DNA of 64,000 nt from Armatimonadota bacterium (GTDB taxonomy: Bacteria > Armatimonadota > SYMT01): NCBI GenBank assembly GCA_046292385.1, contig JBKBRF010000021.1, positions 32,001-96,000 on the forward strand, read 5' to 3'. The position numbers and the translations under genes were made by a program. This document shows, one piece after another, positions 1-9,475 of the stretch. Positions within the stretch are counted from its first letter, which is position 1, and each line of letters opens with the position of its first letter. The notes beneath the pieces are model-generated. The model had not been told where the DNA came from, did not search any database, and saw nothing but the letters and a program-made list of their open reading frames with translations.

Positions 1-644
1 TAGGCGGCGGCCGGATGCCGGCTCCAGTCGTTCTCCCCGGTCAGCGTGACGTCCTGTCCGGGCACGTCGTGGGCCATCGGGTGCTTGGCGACGTCGACCG
101 TGAACCCGGCAGGCCCCACGATCCCATTCAGGCTGACGCTGCCGTGCCCGAAGTAGAGCAGCCCGTCATGCGGTCCGATCACCGGGCCGCCCGGCTCGTG
201 CCAGCCGCCGCTCGGCATCTGCTCGATCAGGGTCCGGCGCTGCCGCGTGGTGCGGTCGTACACGTCGATCCGCCCGCAGTAGCCGCCCTTCGCGCTGACG
301 TAGACCGAGTGGTCCAGGAACGCGAAGCCCCGCGGGCCGGCCAGCTCCTCCGTGGCGAAGACCTCCAGCTCACCCGAAGCGGGGTCGTAGGTGAGGATGC
401 GCGGCGGCATCGCCGGCCGGGTGGGCCAGGTGCTCCCTCCCTCGCCGATGAACAGGACCCCATCCGGCGCGAACTCGAGCTTGGCCGGCAGCGAGAGGCC
501 GACGATCAACGGCTCCACCCGGTAGTCGGGCGGGGCGACCACGTCGTCCGCGTTCACGCAGGGGCGTGCGGTCGTCGGCAGGCTGCGCAGTCCCTCGACC
601 GTGGTATGCGTGGTCGGAAACGATCGGATCTCCTCGAGCGTCAT
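1..644 (-). CDS. PQQ-dependent sugar (glucose/sorbosone) dehydrogenase-like beta-propeller protein, runs off window edge
   Basis: Not in the ORF track because it has no stop in the window. Manual translation from ATG at 644 (RBS GGAGG upstream) gives MTLEEIRSF...VAPPDYRVEPLIVGLSLPAKLEFAPDGVLFIGEGG...GWHEPGGPVIGPHDGLLYFGHGS, typical of the GSDH family. Confidence 0.7.
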   Translation of the reverse strand, partial: MTLEEIRSFPTTHTTVEGLRSLPTTARPCVNADDVVAPPDYRVEPLIVGLSLPAKLEFAPDGVLFIGEGGSTWPTRPAMPPRILTYDPASGELEVFATEELAGPRGFAFLDHSVYVSAKGGYCGRIDVYDRTTRQRRTLIEQMPSGGWHEPGGPVIGPHDGLLYFGHGSVSLNGIVGPAGFTVDVAKHPMAHDVPGQDVTLTGENDWSRHPAAA

Positions 645-844
645 CGGAGTCCCTCCTGCTTACCGAAGGGCTGCGGGCGCACCCGGAGCGCTGCCGGGGA
701 CCGTCACCCTGCGGTGCCCACATCCGCGCCGGGCGCAAACTGCCTCCGGGGGAGAAGTGGCAGGGACTCGGCATCTTATAATCGGAAGGAAGCCGATCGG
801 CGCCGCGGCCCGCGCGGTGGCTGCGGCGCCCGGAGGAGACGAGA

Positions 845-1249
845 GTGCATCACGGAAGCTGCCTTTGCGGAGCAGTCCGCTATGAGATCGAGGGCGAGCT
901 GGGACCCTTCGTGTTCTGCCACTGCGCGCGCTGCCGGAAGGCGAACGGCAGCGCGTTCAATGCGGCGACCGGCGTGGCGACCGACCGGTTCCGCGTGGTG
1001 GCCGGCCGGGACTCGCTGGCCGAGTTCCAGTCGTCCCCGGGCGTCTACCGGGTCTTCTGCGGGGGCTGCGGATCGCCCCTCTACAGCCGGCGCGACTACA
1101 TGCCGGAGACGATCCGGCTCCGCATCGGGACGCTCGATACCCCGGTGGAGGGCCGGCCCGCCGCCCACATCTTCGTGAGCGAGCGGGCCGAGTGGTTCGA
1201 GATCTGCGACGACGCACCGCAGTACCCGGAGCTTCCGCCGACCCGGTGA
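845..1249 (+). CDS. GFA family (glutathione-dependent formaldehyde-activating/Mss4-like) Zn protein
   Basis: GSCLCGAVRY, CHCARCRK and FCGGCGSPL motifs; GGAGGAG RBS. Confidence 0.92.
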   Translation: MHHGSCLCGAVRYEIEGELGPFVFCHCARCRKANGSAFNAATGVATDRFRVVAGRDSLAEFQSSPGVYRVFCGGCGSPLYSRRDYMPETIRLRIGTLDTPVEGRPAAHIFVSERAEWFEICDDAPQYPELPPTR

Positions 1250-1265
1250 GCCGCCGCGCCCTGGC

Positions 1266-2477
1266 TTAGCGCGACGCCTGGAAGAGGCGGGGAGCGAACT
1301 GGCCGAGGTAGTCTCGCCAGTTGGTCCAGGTGTGCCCGCCTTCCGACTCGATATACTCCGGCCGGAAGCCGTGGCGCTTGAACAGGTCGACGGTGTTCCG
1401 CGTGATCTGGAGCAGGAAGTCCTCTTTGCCGGTGTTGAACCAGAGCAGCCGCAGCCCTTTCTTCGCGTCGTTCTCCAGCAGGGCCTTGTTCTCGGCTTCC
1501 CAGGCGGTGGAGCTCCCCGTGGCGGGCGCGCCGGCCGCGCCGGCCGCGCCGCGGCCGAGCTGGAAGGCGTTGAAGAGGCCGGAGCTGAAGACGCCGACGT
1601 ACGCGAACTTCTCCAGGTTCGGCAGCGCGACGTTCAGGGTCTGGCCGCCGCCCATCGAGAGCCCCGCGATCGCGCGGTTCTCCCGCCCCTTCAGCACGCG
1701 GTAGCTCTTCTCCACGTACGGCATCACGTCGGTTGTGAAGTCGGCGACGAACTCGTCGCGGGTCGGCTGGGAGACGGCCGGGGGCGGCGGGCCGCCAAAG
1801 GTGAAGCCGCGCGTGTGGCCGGCGGGCATCACCACCAGCATCGGCTTCGCCTTCCCCGCGGCGATCAGGTTGTCCAGGATGAAGCCGGCCCGGCCGACGG
1901 TGGGCCAGGAGTCGTCCGAGTCGCCCGCGCCGTGCAGCAGGTAGAAGACCGGGTAGCGGCCGTTGCCCTTCTCGTAGCCCGGCGGGGTGTAGACGTGCAT
2001 CCGCCGGAAGCGGTTCAGCGCGGTGGAGTAGTAAGTCACCTCTGAGACCGCGCCGTGCGGCACCTGCTGCGTGTCGCTGAGGTCGGACCCCGGCACGTAG
2101 ACCAGGCTCCAAGAGCTGGAGACCGACTCGCTGGTGGCGGGGTTCCGGGGATCGAGCACTGGGACGCCGTCCACCTGGAACTGGTAGCGGTAGGCTCCGG
2201 GCGGGACCGGCCCCACCGTGGTCTCCCAGACGCCGCTCTCCTGGCGGGTCATCGCCGCGCCCGGCCCCAGGCCGGGGAGATCGCTGCCGGAGAGCCGCAC
2301 CGCGTCCGACTGCGGCGCGTAGATGCGGAAGGTGATGCGGCGGTCGGACCGCACTTCCGGCGAGTTGACGGTCGCGGCGACCGGCGGTCGCTGGGCCTGG
2401 CCCCAGGCAGCTCCGCCCGCGCCGAGCAGCAGCACCGGCAGGAGATAGGCAGCGATACGGGAGTGAGGGATCGTCAT
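1266..2477 (-). CDS. Secreted esterase (CE1/feruloyl-esterase-like) with N-terminal CBM48/E-set domain
   Basis: Signal peptide; VYTPPGY, YLLHG, GLSMGG nucleophile elbow, GGHTW. Confidence 0.88.
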   Translation of the reverse strand: MTIPHSRIAAYLLPVLLLGAGGAAWGQAQRPPVAATVNSPEVRSDRRITFRIYAPQSDAVRLSGSDLPGLGPGAAMTRQESGVWETTVGPVPPGAYRYQFQVDGVPVLDPRNPATSESVSSSWSLVYVPGSDLSDTQQVPHGAVSEVTYYSTALNRFRRMHVYTPPGYEKGNGRYPVFYLLHGAGDSDDSWPTVGRAGFILDNLIAAGKAKPMLVVMPAGHTRGFTFGGPPPPAVSQPTRDEFVADFTTDVMPYVEKSYRVLKGRENRAIAGLSMGGGQTLNVALPNLEKFAYVGVFSSGLFNAFQLGRGAAGAAGAPATGSSTAWEAENKALLENDAKKGLRLLWFNTGKEDFLLQITRNTVDLFKRHGFRPEYIESEGGHTWTNWRDYLGQFAPRLFQASR

Positions 2478-2721
2478 CGTCTTCGATGCTCCAGGGTGAG
2501 AAGTGAAATCGCCGGATTCGGAGTGATCCGCTTACGTCTGGGACCGGCCGTTCAGCGCAGAGAGAATGCCGCACCTTCTCGCCCGGTGTCCACATGATCG
2601 AACCGCCGCTTTGCCGCGTGGGACCAGCGGCGGTGACGCGGAAACGGCGGAGAAGAAGGGGCGGCGCGGCTCCAGGTCACACAAGCAGTTAGCGAACTGA
2701 TTCCTCCGTGGGGAGCCACCG

Positions 2722-4863
2722 ATGAGAATGAACCAGAGGACCTGGATTACGCTGGGCGGGGCAGTGCTCGTCTCCTCCTGCGCGGTCGCCGCCACGCGGC
2801 TGGCGGCGGCTCCGCCGACGACGGCGAAGGGGAGCGCGGAGGGCCGGTCCGACTGGCCGAGCTACGGCGGAAGCCCGGACGGCATCCGGTACTCCGGCCT
2901 GACCCAGATCAACCGGGAGAACGTCGGGCTGCTCGAGGTGGCGTGGACCTTCGACACGGGCGAGGGCCCGGGCGGCACACAGGCGCAGCCGCTGGTCACC
3001 GGCGGCGTGCTCTACACCGTGACCCCGAAGCACAACGTCGTGGCGCTCGACGCCGCCACCGGGAAGCAGCTCTGGAAGTTCGAGTCCGGCGTCACCGGGC
3101 GCGGCGCCAACCGCGGGGTCGCCTACTGGACCAGCGGCGGCGAGCGGCGGCTCTTCGCCTCCGTCCAGCACTGGCTCTACGCGCTCGACCCGGCCACCGG
3201 CAAGCCGATCCCGGGCTTCGGCACCGGCGGGCGGATCGACCTGCGGGAGGGCCTGGGCCGCGACCCGGCGAAGCAGTCGATCTTGCTGACCACGCCCGGA
3301 ATCGTCTACAAAGACTTGCTCATCGTCGGCGGGCGCACCTCCGAGGGGCTGCCCGCCACGCCGGGCGACATCCGCGCCTACGACGTGCGCACCGGCCGCA
3401 CGCGCTGGACGTTCCACACCATTCCCCGCCCCGGCGAGTACGGCTTCAAGACGTGGCCCCCGCTGGCCTACAAGGTGACCGGCTCCGCTAACAACTGGGC
3501 CGGGATGGCGGTCGACGTCAAGCGGGGGCTCGTCTTCGCCCCGACCGGCTCCTCCGCCATGGACTTCTACGGCGCCAACCGCCACGGCGACAACCTCTTC
3601 GCCAACTCGCTCCTGGCGCTCGACGCGGATACCGGCAAGCGCGTCTGGCACTTCCAGGCGGTGAAGCACGACATCTGGGACCGCGACTTCCCCTCGCCTC
3701 CCGCGCTGGTGCGGGTGAAGCGCGGCCGCCGCTGGATCGACGCGGTGGCCCAGACCACCAAGACGGGTCACGTCTACGTCTTCGAGCGGTCCAACGGCAA
3801 GCCGCTCTTCCCGATCAAGTACCGGGAGTACCCCCCGAGCGATGTCCCCGGGGAAGTCACCGCGAAAACGCAGCCCCTCCCCACCAAGCCGGCCCCCTTC
3901 GCGCGGCAGTCGGTGACGGAGGGGATGCTGACCCAGCGGACGCCCGAGGCGCACCAGTGGGCCGTGGAAAAGTTCCGCACCTTCCACGGGGGCACGCCGT
4001 TCGTGCCGTTCCGCGTGGGCCAGGAGACGATCATCTTCCCCGGCTTCGACGGCGGCGCCGAGTGGGGTGGACCCGCGTACGACCCCGAGAGCGGACTGCT
4101 CTACGTCAACGCCAACGACCTCGTCTGGACTGCCAGCCTGGCGAAGAACGACCACGCGAAGACCGGGCGCCAGCTCTACCTGCAGAACTGCGCCAACTGC
4201 CACGGCGACACCCTGGCGGGGGCGCCGCCGCAGATGCCGTCGCTTCTGAAGCTCGACCCGAAGTGGGACCTCGCCGCGGTCTCGAAGATCACCCGCGAAG
4301 GCGCCGGCCGGATGCCCGGCTTCCCGAACCTCTCGCCGGAGGACGTGAAGGCGGTCTCCGAGTACGTGCTGAGCGGCGAGAGCAAGCCGATCGATCCGGA
4401 CGAGGCGGCGGTTACTCAGCTCGACTACCGCTTCACCGGCTACCACAAGTTCCTCGATCCGGACGGCTATCCGGCGGTCGCGCCGCCGTGGGGCACACTG
4501 AACGCCATCAATCTGAGCACCGGGGAGTATGCCTGGAAGATCCCGTTCGGCGAATACCCGGAGCTGGCGGCGAAGGGCCTGAAGAACACCGGCAGCGAGA
4601 ACTACGGCGGGCCGGTCGTTACCGCCGGCGGGCTGCTCTTCATCGCGGCGACGAACTACGACCGCAAGCTCCGCGCCTTCGACAAGAGCACCGGCAAGCT
4701 GCTCTGGGAGACGACCCTGCCGTTCGCGGCCAACGCCACCCCCGCAGTCTACGAGGTGGGGGGACGACAGTTCGTGGTGGTCTGCGCCGAGGGGTCAAAG
4801 GGTAGACCGAACGATCCGAAGGGCAGCCGCTACATCGCCTTCGCCCTCCCGGCGAAGCGCTGA
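2722..4863 (+). CDS. PQQ-dependent quinoprotein glucose dehydrogenase-like protein with inserted cytochrome c domain
   Basis: Signal peptide; WPSYGG..RYS, PQQ propeller repeats (ALDAATGKQLW, WHFQAVKHDIWDRD); heme motif CANCH with GRMPGF distal Met. Confidence 0.88.
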   Translation: MRMNQRTWITLGGAVLVSSCAVAATRLAAAPPTTAKGSAEGRSDWPSYGGSPDGIRYSGLTQINRENVGLLEVAWTFDTGEGPGGTQAQPLVTGGVLYTVTPKHNVVALDAATGKQLWKFESGVTGRGANRGVAYWTSGGERRLFASVQHWLYALDPATGKPIPGFGTGGRIDLREGLGRDPAKQSILLTTPGIVYKDLLIVGGRTSEGLPATPGDIRAYDVRTGRTRWTFHTIPRPGEYGFKTWPPLAYKVTGSANNWAGMAVDVKRGLVFAPTGSSAMDFYGANRHGDNLFANSLLALDADTGKRVWHFQAVKHDIWDRDFPSPPALVRVKRGRRWIDAVAQTTKTGHVYVFERSNGKPLFPIKYREYPPSDVPGEVTAKTQPLPTKPAPFARQSVTEGMLTQRTPEAHQWAVEKFRTFHGGTPFVPFRVGQETIIFPGFDGGAEWGGPAYDPESGLLYVNANDLVWTASLAKNDHAKTGRQLYLQNCANCHGDTLAGAPPQMPSLLKLDPKWDLAAVSKITREGAGRMPGFPNLSPEDVKAVSEYVLSGESKPIDPDEAAVTQLDYRFTGYHKFLDPDGYPAVAPPWGTLNAINLSTGEYAWKIPFGEYPELAAKGLKNTGSENYGGPVVTAGGLLFIAATNYDRKLRAFDKSTGKLLWETTLPFAANATPAVYEVGGRQFVVVCAEGSKGRPNDPKGSRYIAFALPAKR

Positions 4864-4900
4864 GGGAAACGTGCGGAGATTGAGGTGGCCAGCCGCCTCG

Positions 4901-4950
4901 CCTCGGACTGAAGTCGAGGCTACAGAGAGCAAAGCCCGCCTGCGCGGGCT
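4901..4950 (-). repeat. GTAG-type REP-like palindrome plus second hairpin
   Basis: Minus strand reads GTAG-CCTCGACTTCAGTCCGAGG (imperfect hairpin); AGCCCGCCTGCGCGGGCT hairpin at 4933-4950; lies between convergent genes. Confidence 0.6.
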
Positions 4951-5040
4951 GAGGACAGCCGCGCAGCGATTGCATTCTATTCCTGGTGTTCGGAATAGTT
5001 GGTCGGCGGCTGGGGGGCCATCCAGCCGCCGACCGGCTCC

Positions 5041-5982
5041 TTACTTCAGGCCCTTCAGCCACTGGATCGCGCCCGGGATTCCCTGCTGGACCATCGAGTC
5101 GTAGTGATCGCCGCTCGGCACGCGGACCAAGGTTACGTTTGGGTTCTTCGCCTGGACCGCGGCGGCGAGGCGGATTGACTCCTGCGGCGGAACAACGCTG
5201 TCGTCGCCCGCGTGGAACAGGTAGAGCGGCTGCTTCAGGTGCTCGGCGTTTCGCACCGGGGAGGTCTGCCGGACGAAGTCCCGGTAGCCCGGCACCACGG
5301 AGGAGAGCGCGTCGATGAGCTGCGGTCCCAGCCGCCCTTCCAGGTCCGTACACGGCGCGAACGCCACGCATCCCTTCACCCGCGGCTCCCGCGCCGCCAC
5401 TTGCAGCGCCAGAGTCGCCGCGGAGCTGTGCCCGGCCGCGTAGATGCGCGCCGGGTCGACCGCCGGAACCTTCTCCGCTACGTAGTCGAGCGCCAGCCGC
5501 GCGTTCGCCACGCCGCCCTCCGCGGCCTTGAACGCCGAAACTGCCGCGATCAGCTCGGGGTCGCTCGCGTTGTCGCTCAGCGGCCCGTCGATCTCATACG
5601 CGACGACCGCAAAGCCGGCGCGGACGTACGGCAGGTGCTCCGGGCGGTCGCCCTCCCCCAGCCCGATCCCGTGGAACAGGCGCGTTCCCGCCGGCCCGAT
5701 CAGGACGCACGGCAGCTTGGCGGCGGCCGGCTCCTCCGGGAGATAGATCCAGAGGGTGCTGCCGCCCTTTCCCCTCGCGAGACGAACCTCGTGCAGCCGG
5801 ACGCCCGGCGCGATCACCCGGCCGGCGCCGAGATCCGGGAACGAGGCCGGCCGCTGAAACGATCCGGCCGGAGCGGCGCCCGTAAGTCGGCTCGCCACCC
5901 AGCCGCAGCCGGGGAGCAGGAGGAGCGCGAGCGCCGCGGCCGAGAGGCCGGGGCGAAGGAATACAGTGTGGGAACTTGCCAT
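5041..5982 (-). CDS. Alpha/beta hydrolase (S9/dienelactone-hydrolase-like), probable lipoprotein
   Basis: LLLLPGC lipobox-like sequence; GHSSA nucleophile, HAGDDSVV Asp, GDH His. Confidence 0.8.
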   Translation of the reverse strand: MASSHTVFLRPGLSAAALALLLLPGCGWVASRLTGAAPAGSFQRPASFPDLGAGRVIAPGVRLHEVRLARGKGGSTLWIYLPEEPAAAKLPCVLIGPAGTRLFHGIGLGEGDRPEHLPYVRAGFAVVAYEIDGPLSDNASDPELIAAVSAFKAAEGGVANARLALDYVAEKVPAVDPARIYAAGHSSAATLALQVAAREPRVKGCVAFAPCTDLEGRLGPQLIDALSSVVPGYRDFVRQTSPVRNAEHLKQPLYLFHAGDDSVVPPQESIRLAAAVQAKNPNVTLVRVPSGDHYDSMVQQGIPGAIQWLKGLK

Positions 5983-6108
5983 AAACCCGAGTTACGCAGA
6001 TCCGGCCCGCCGAGTGCCCGGCCCGCCGCAGTTGCTCGCCGCCGAACACCGTGAGCGCGAAGGAGGACCTCTCCGGGAGTCGGAACCGGCATTCAGGAGG
6101 GACGACCC

Positions 6109-6942
6109 ATGCGCGTCGGGCATTTCCAGTACGAGGTCCAGCCGGAGGGCTACGCGAGCAACATCGAGACCGTTCTGCGCGGCCTGACCATGGCGGATGC
6201 GCGAGGGGTGGAGATCGTCAGTTTCCCTGAGTGCGGGCTGACAGGCTACTTCGACCGCGAGGAGCCGACCCGCAAGCACGCGCTCTCCCTGGACGGGCCC
6301 GAGATCCGCAGCTTTCTGGAGCAGAGCGGCCACTTCAAGGCGACCTGCATCGTCGGCTTCAACGAGCGGCGCGGGGACGACCTCTACAACACCGCCCTGG
6401 TGGCGCAGGGCGGAAAGCTGCTGGGGACCTACAGCAAGGCGTTCGCGTACCAGCCGTTCCACAAGCGCGGACGGGAGTTCCCCGTGTTCGAGCGCGCGGG
6501 CGTGAAGTTCGGCGTCATCATCTGCGCCGACGGCGGCTACGTGGAGCCGGCGCGGATTCTGGCGCTCAAGGGCGCCCGCATCCTCTTCGCACCCCACTAC
6601 AACTACATCGGCCAGCAGCACCTGCTCAGCCACTTCCAGAACGTCCGCAGCGACCACATCGCGCGTGCCGTCGAGAACGGCGTCTGGTTCGTGCGGGGCA
6701 ACAACTTCGTCCGCGGCCGGGACCGCGGCATGACGACCGACGGGGTCGGCTACGGCGACAGCTACGTCCTCGACCCGTTCGGTGAGATGCTGGTCCGCGC
6801 GCGGCGGCTGGTGGAGGACTTCATCGACGTGGAGATCGACTTCGACACCCCCGCCTACGATCGCGGGCGAGAAGACCGGAGCCGCCGCAGCGCGCGAGAG
6901 TTGGGACATCTCGTCGTGGAAGCCGCCCGGGCACGCGCCTGA
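6109..6942 (+). CDS. Carbon-nitrogen hydrolase (nitrilase superfamily)
   Basis: Glu-Lys-Cys triad motifs FPEC, YSK, ICAD; AGGAGG RBS. Confidence 0.9.
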   Translation: MRVGHFQYEVQPEGYASNIETVLRGLTMADARGVEIVSFPECGLTGYFDREEPTRKHALSLDGPEIRSFLEQSGHFKATCIVGFNERRGDDLYNTALVAQGGKLLGTYSKAFAYQPFHKRGREFPVFERAGVKFGVIICADGGYVEPARILALKGARILFAPHYNYIGQQHLLSHFQNVRSDHIARAVENGVWFVRGNNFVRGRDRGMTTDGVGYGDSYVLDPFGEMLVRARRLVEDFIDVEIDFDTPAYDRGREDRSRRSARELGHLVVEAARARA

Positions 6943-6947
6943 ATCCC

Positions 6948-7022
6948 GCCGAAGTCGAGTCGGCCGCGGGTGACGGCGACCACCACCTCCCGACCCATGA
7001 TCGTCCGCTCCAGGTGGGCGTC
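6948..7022 (-). pseudogene. 75-bp fragment of a yjbQ allele (direct repeat of 7753-7827)
   Basis: 70/75 identical to the intact gene; translates [25 protein letters not shown]. Confidence 0.85.
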
Positions 7023-7052
7023 CACACTGTCGTCGGCGGGAACGACGTCGCG

Positions 7053-7439
7053 CTACCAGATCCGAGTGACCGGGTACCGGTCTAGAGATGCATCTCCGCT
7101 CACGAGCGGAACCAACTCGGCAATCGCCTGCCCAATCAACAGACGATCGAACGGGTCCCGATGATGGAACGGAAGCGTCGTCAAGACCCCTGTGTGCTCC
7201 GGAAGAATCGGGAGGATCTCGAAACCGTTCCCCTGGATCGCCTCGTACATGAATGCTCGGTATGGCTCGTTGAGAACATACTTCCCCAGGCTGATCTTGA
7301 TAGCGATCTCCCAGTATGAGGCGGGACTCACAAGCACCTGGTTGTCCGGCGCTGCGATCTGCTGACGTGCGACCGCACTGAGGCGTCCGTCCCCGAGTGC
7401 GAACCAGAGCAGTGCGTGCGTGTCCAGGAGAAGTCTCAC
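7053..7439 (-). CDS. vapC: Type II TA toxin, PIN domain (VapC)
   Basis: MRLLLDTHALLW...SPASYWEIAIK...HHRDPFDRLLIGQA. Confidence 0.95.
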   Translation of the reverse strand: MRLLLDTHALLWFALGDGRLSAVARQQIAAPDNQVLVSPASYWEIAIKISLGKYVLNEPYRAFMYEAIQGNGFEILPILPEHTGVLTTLPFHHRDPFDRLLIGQAIAELVPLVSGDASLDRYPVTRIW

Positions 7440-7663
7440 CCCGTGTACTCAGCGAAGTCGGACAAGTGTTCGTCATCCTCCGTGAGGATCGTCAACTTCC
7501 CGCGGCAGTTCCCGAAGACCGGTCTTGGTCGATTGCCACGCGGGGGAACCAGTTCCGCCACCGGTTGGGCATCCCGCGTGATGATGATCTCCTCACCGCC
7601 GGCAAGCCGGTCAATCAGCGCGGAGAGTTCACTTTGAGCCTTCTCTACAGAAACCTCCACCAT
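7436..7663 (-). CDS. Type II TA antitoxin, Phd/YefM family
   Basis: VSVEKAQSELSALIDRLAGGEEIIITR..PVAEL; ATG at 7663 with GAGGAG RBS; GTGA overlap with vapC. Confidence 0.9.
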   Translation of the reverse strand: MVEVSVEKAQSELSALIDRLAGGEEIIITRDAQPVAELVPPRGNRPRPVFGNCRGKLTILTEDDEHLSDFAEYTG

Positions 7664-7674
7664 CTCGTTCCTCC

Positions 7675-8097
7675 TCACTCTCCTATGATTTTAATCAGCA
7701 CCCGCTTGTCGCGCCGGCCGTCGAACTCGCCGTAGAAGATCTGCTCCCAGGTGCCGAAGTCGAGCCGGCCGCGGGTGACGGCGACCACCACCTCGCGGCC
7801 CATGATCGTGCGCTTCAGGTGGGCGTCGGCGTTGTCCTCTCCGGTGCGGTTGTGGTGGTAGACCTCGGGGCTCGGGTTGAACGGCGCCAGCTCCTCCAGC
7901 CACACTTCAAAGTCGTGCCACAAGCCGGGCTCGTGGTCGTTGATGAAGACGCTGCTCGTGATGTGCATCGAGTTGACCAGGCAGAGCCCCTCGCGGATGC
8001 CGCTCTCGCGGAGCTGCTGCTCCACCTGGGGCGTGATGTTCACGAAGCCGCGCTCGGTCGGCACGTGCAGAGTGAGGTAGTGGGTGTGGGATTTCAC
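7675..8097 (-). CDS. yjbQ: YjbQ/UPF0047 secondary thiamine-phosphate synthase family protein
   Basis: [38 protein letters not shown]. Confidence 0.93.
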   Translation of the reverse strand: MKSHTHYLTLHVPTERGFVNITPQVEQQLRESGIREGLCLVNSMHITSSVFINDHEPGLWHDFEVWLEELAPFNPSPEVYHHNRTGEDNADAHLKRTIMGREVVVAVTRGRLDFGTWEQIFYGEFDGRRDKRVLIKIIGE

Positions 8098-8393
8098 GGT
8101 AGGTTGCTCGTTCGGTTAGGAAGGCGGGTACGGGCGCAGGCGCTAGCGCTCTGTCGTTACCGGAAGGGTGCGGCGTGCGCCGGTTGGATAAGCTTCACGC
8201 TTGATGATACCGCCAGAGCATGCGGCGCTGGCCGGCTCCAAGGACTTCCGTCTGTACTACTCCCCGCGAGAGTCTTGCCGGGATGCGCAGATTCTGCCGG
8301 CGGTAATCGCGCGCGTGACCTTGCGAACCGGGAGGAGCCAGTCTCGAGGCCTCTTTGCTTCTCTTCGAGATGCAGCCTCGATCCCGCTGTCCG

Positions 8394-8633
8394 ACCCCGC
8401 GCCCTTGTGCCGGGAGGCAGCCCTCCCGCGACGCAGGCCCTCCGCGGCCTTTTCACACTCCGCTGCGCTCCGTTAGCAGGCCGCTACGGGAGCTCACGTC
8501 GAGAAGCTTTTCCCGCGTCACCGCGTTGCACCGCCACAAGAGCAGGGTTCACGGGCTGCCTCCCGACCCTTCGAGTGACCACCCCTGCCGCCCAGGGGTG
8601 GTCACAACTGGCGCCCTACAGGCGCCTCCGGTC
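8394..8633 (-). ncRNA. Structured non-coding repeat, copy A (most diverged); candidate ncRNA or MITE
   Basis: Shares motif order with copies B and C; stem CGGGAGGCAGCCC/GGGCTGCCTCCCG and hairpin GTGACCACCCCTG..CAGGGGTGGTCAC. Confidence 0.55.
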
Positions 8634-8712
8634 TGGGCGCGACAGCCAGTCCGCGGGTTAGCCAAAGCCGGTGCAGCACGACCCGCTTCCCGCCAGGCGG
8701 TGTGAGGACCTG

Positions 8713-8969
8713 CGGAGCCCGGAGGCGCTGCCGAAGGCAGAGCCGGAGGGGTTCACTTGCGACCACCCCTGCGAGGGGTGGTCGCTTGAGCCGCCCGGAG
8801 CGGCCCATGAACCGTCGCCTCGCTGCAGGCGCCGCCTGCGGACGCGGAACGGAGCGCGCGGGGAGCACGCCCGCAGCGCCCGCTAGCGCAGGCGCAGCCG
8901 GAGCGTGAAAGGGCCGCGGAGGGCCACCCACGCGGGAGGGCCGCTCCGGGTGGGGAGGGCGCGGGGTGG
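8713..8969 (+). ncRNA. Structured non-coding repeat, copy B
   Basis: Colinear reverse-complement match to 18975-19233 over ~257 nt; 16-bp stem 8791-8806/8938-8953. Confidence 0.6.
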
Positions 8970-9070
8970 ACCCTCGGCGCGATCCTGATCTCGACTGATC
9001 AAGCATTCACCCGCCGTCTTGGGTTTGGTTGCGGCATCAGCCGCGCTGTGGCTGTATTGTGGCACGGAAA

Positions 9071-9421
9071 ATGACGCAGCTAATCACAAACATCGGGATA
9101 GGGTGCTCCTTAGTGCTCATGCTGCTGCTATCGCCAGTTCTGCTCCCACTCATAGCGCTGTCAAACGCGAGGAAAGTGAAGCGGCGACGGGAAACCGCCG
9201 AGCGGACCGCGTGTGCAAGGAGCGGGCAGTTCCTCGGAGACCGGGCGCTACATCTTGCGGACGAGGAGTGGCATCGATACGTCGAAGAGCTTCGGCGCGA
9301 GAAACCCCACGTTCGTCTACGCCTGCAGCGAGGTACTCACGCCATCTGCCCCGGCTGCGGTCAGCGTTATGTCTACCAGGAGGCCGCGCGGCACTTCATA
9401 AGGATCGCGGAGCCTTCCTGA
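9071..9421 (+). CDS. Small hypothetical membrane-anchored protein with possible Zn-ribbon remnant
   Basis: N-terminal hydrophobic helix; CARS and CPGCG motifs; atypical codon usage. Confidence 0.55.
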   Translation: MTQLITNIGIGCSLVLMLLLSPVLLPLIALSNARKVKRRRETAERTACARSGQFLGDRALHLADEEWHRYVEELRREKPHVRLRLQRGTHAICPGCGQRYVYQEAARHFIRIAEPS

Positions 9422-9475
9422 GGGCCCCGGGGGGCCTCTCTGCGTCCTCGGCGGTCTCTGCGGTGGAATAAGGAG

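Noticed and set aside
8208..8305. Imperfect long hairpin TACCGCC...GGCGGTA upstream of yjbQ
   Set aside because: Single copy with many mismatches and no TPP-riboswitch consensus; cannot be distinguished from chance in GC-rich DNA.
8157..9065. Short ORFs overlapping the structured repeats, also the N-terminal extensions 18830-19039 and 19013-19318
   Set aside because: Low-complexity Arg/Pro/Ala translations with no RBS, and indels between repeat copies argue against coding.
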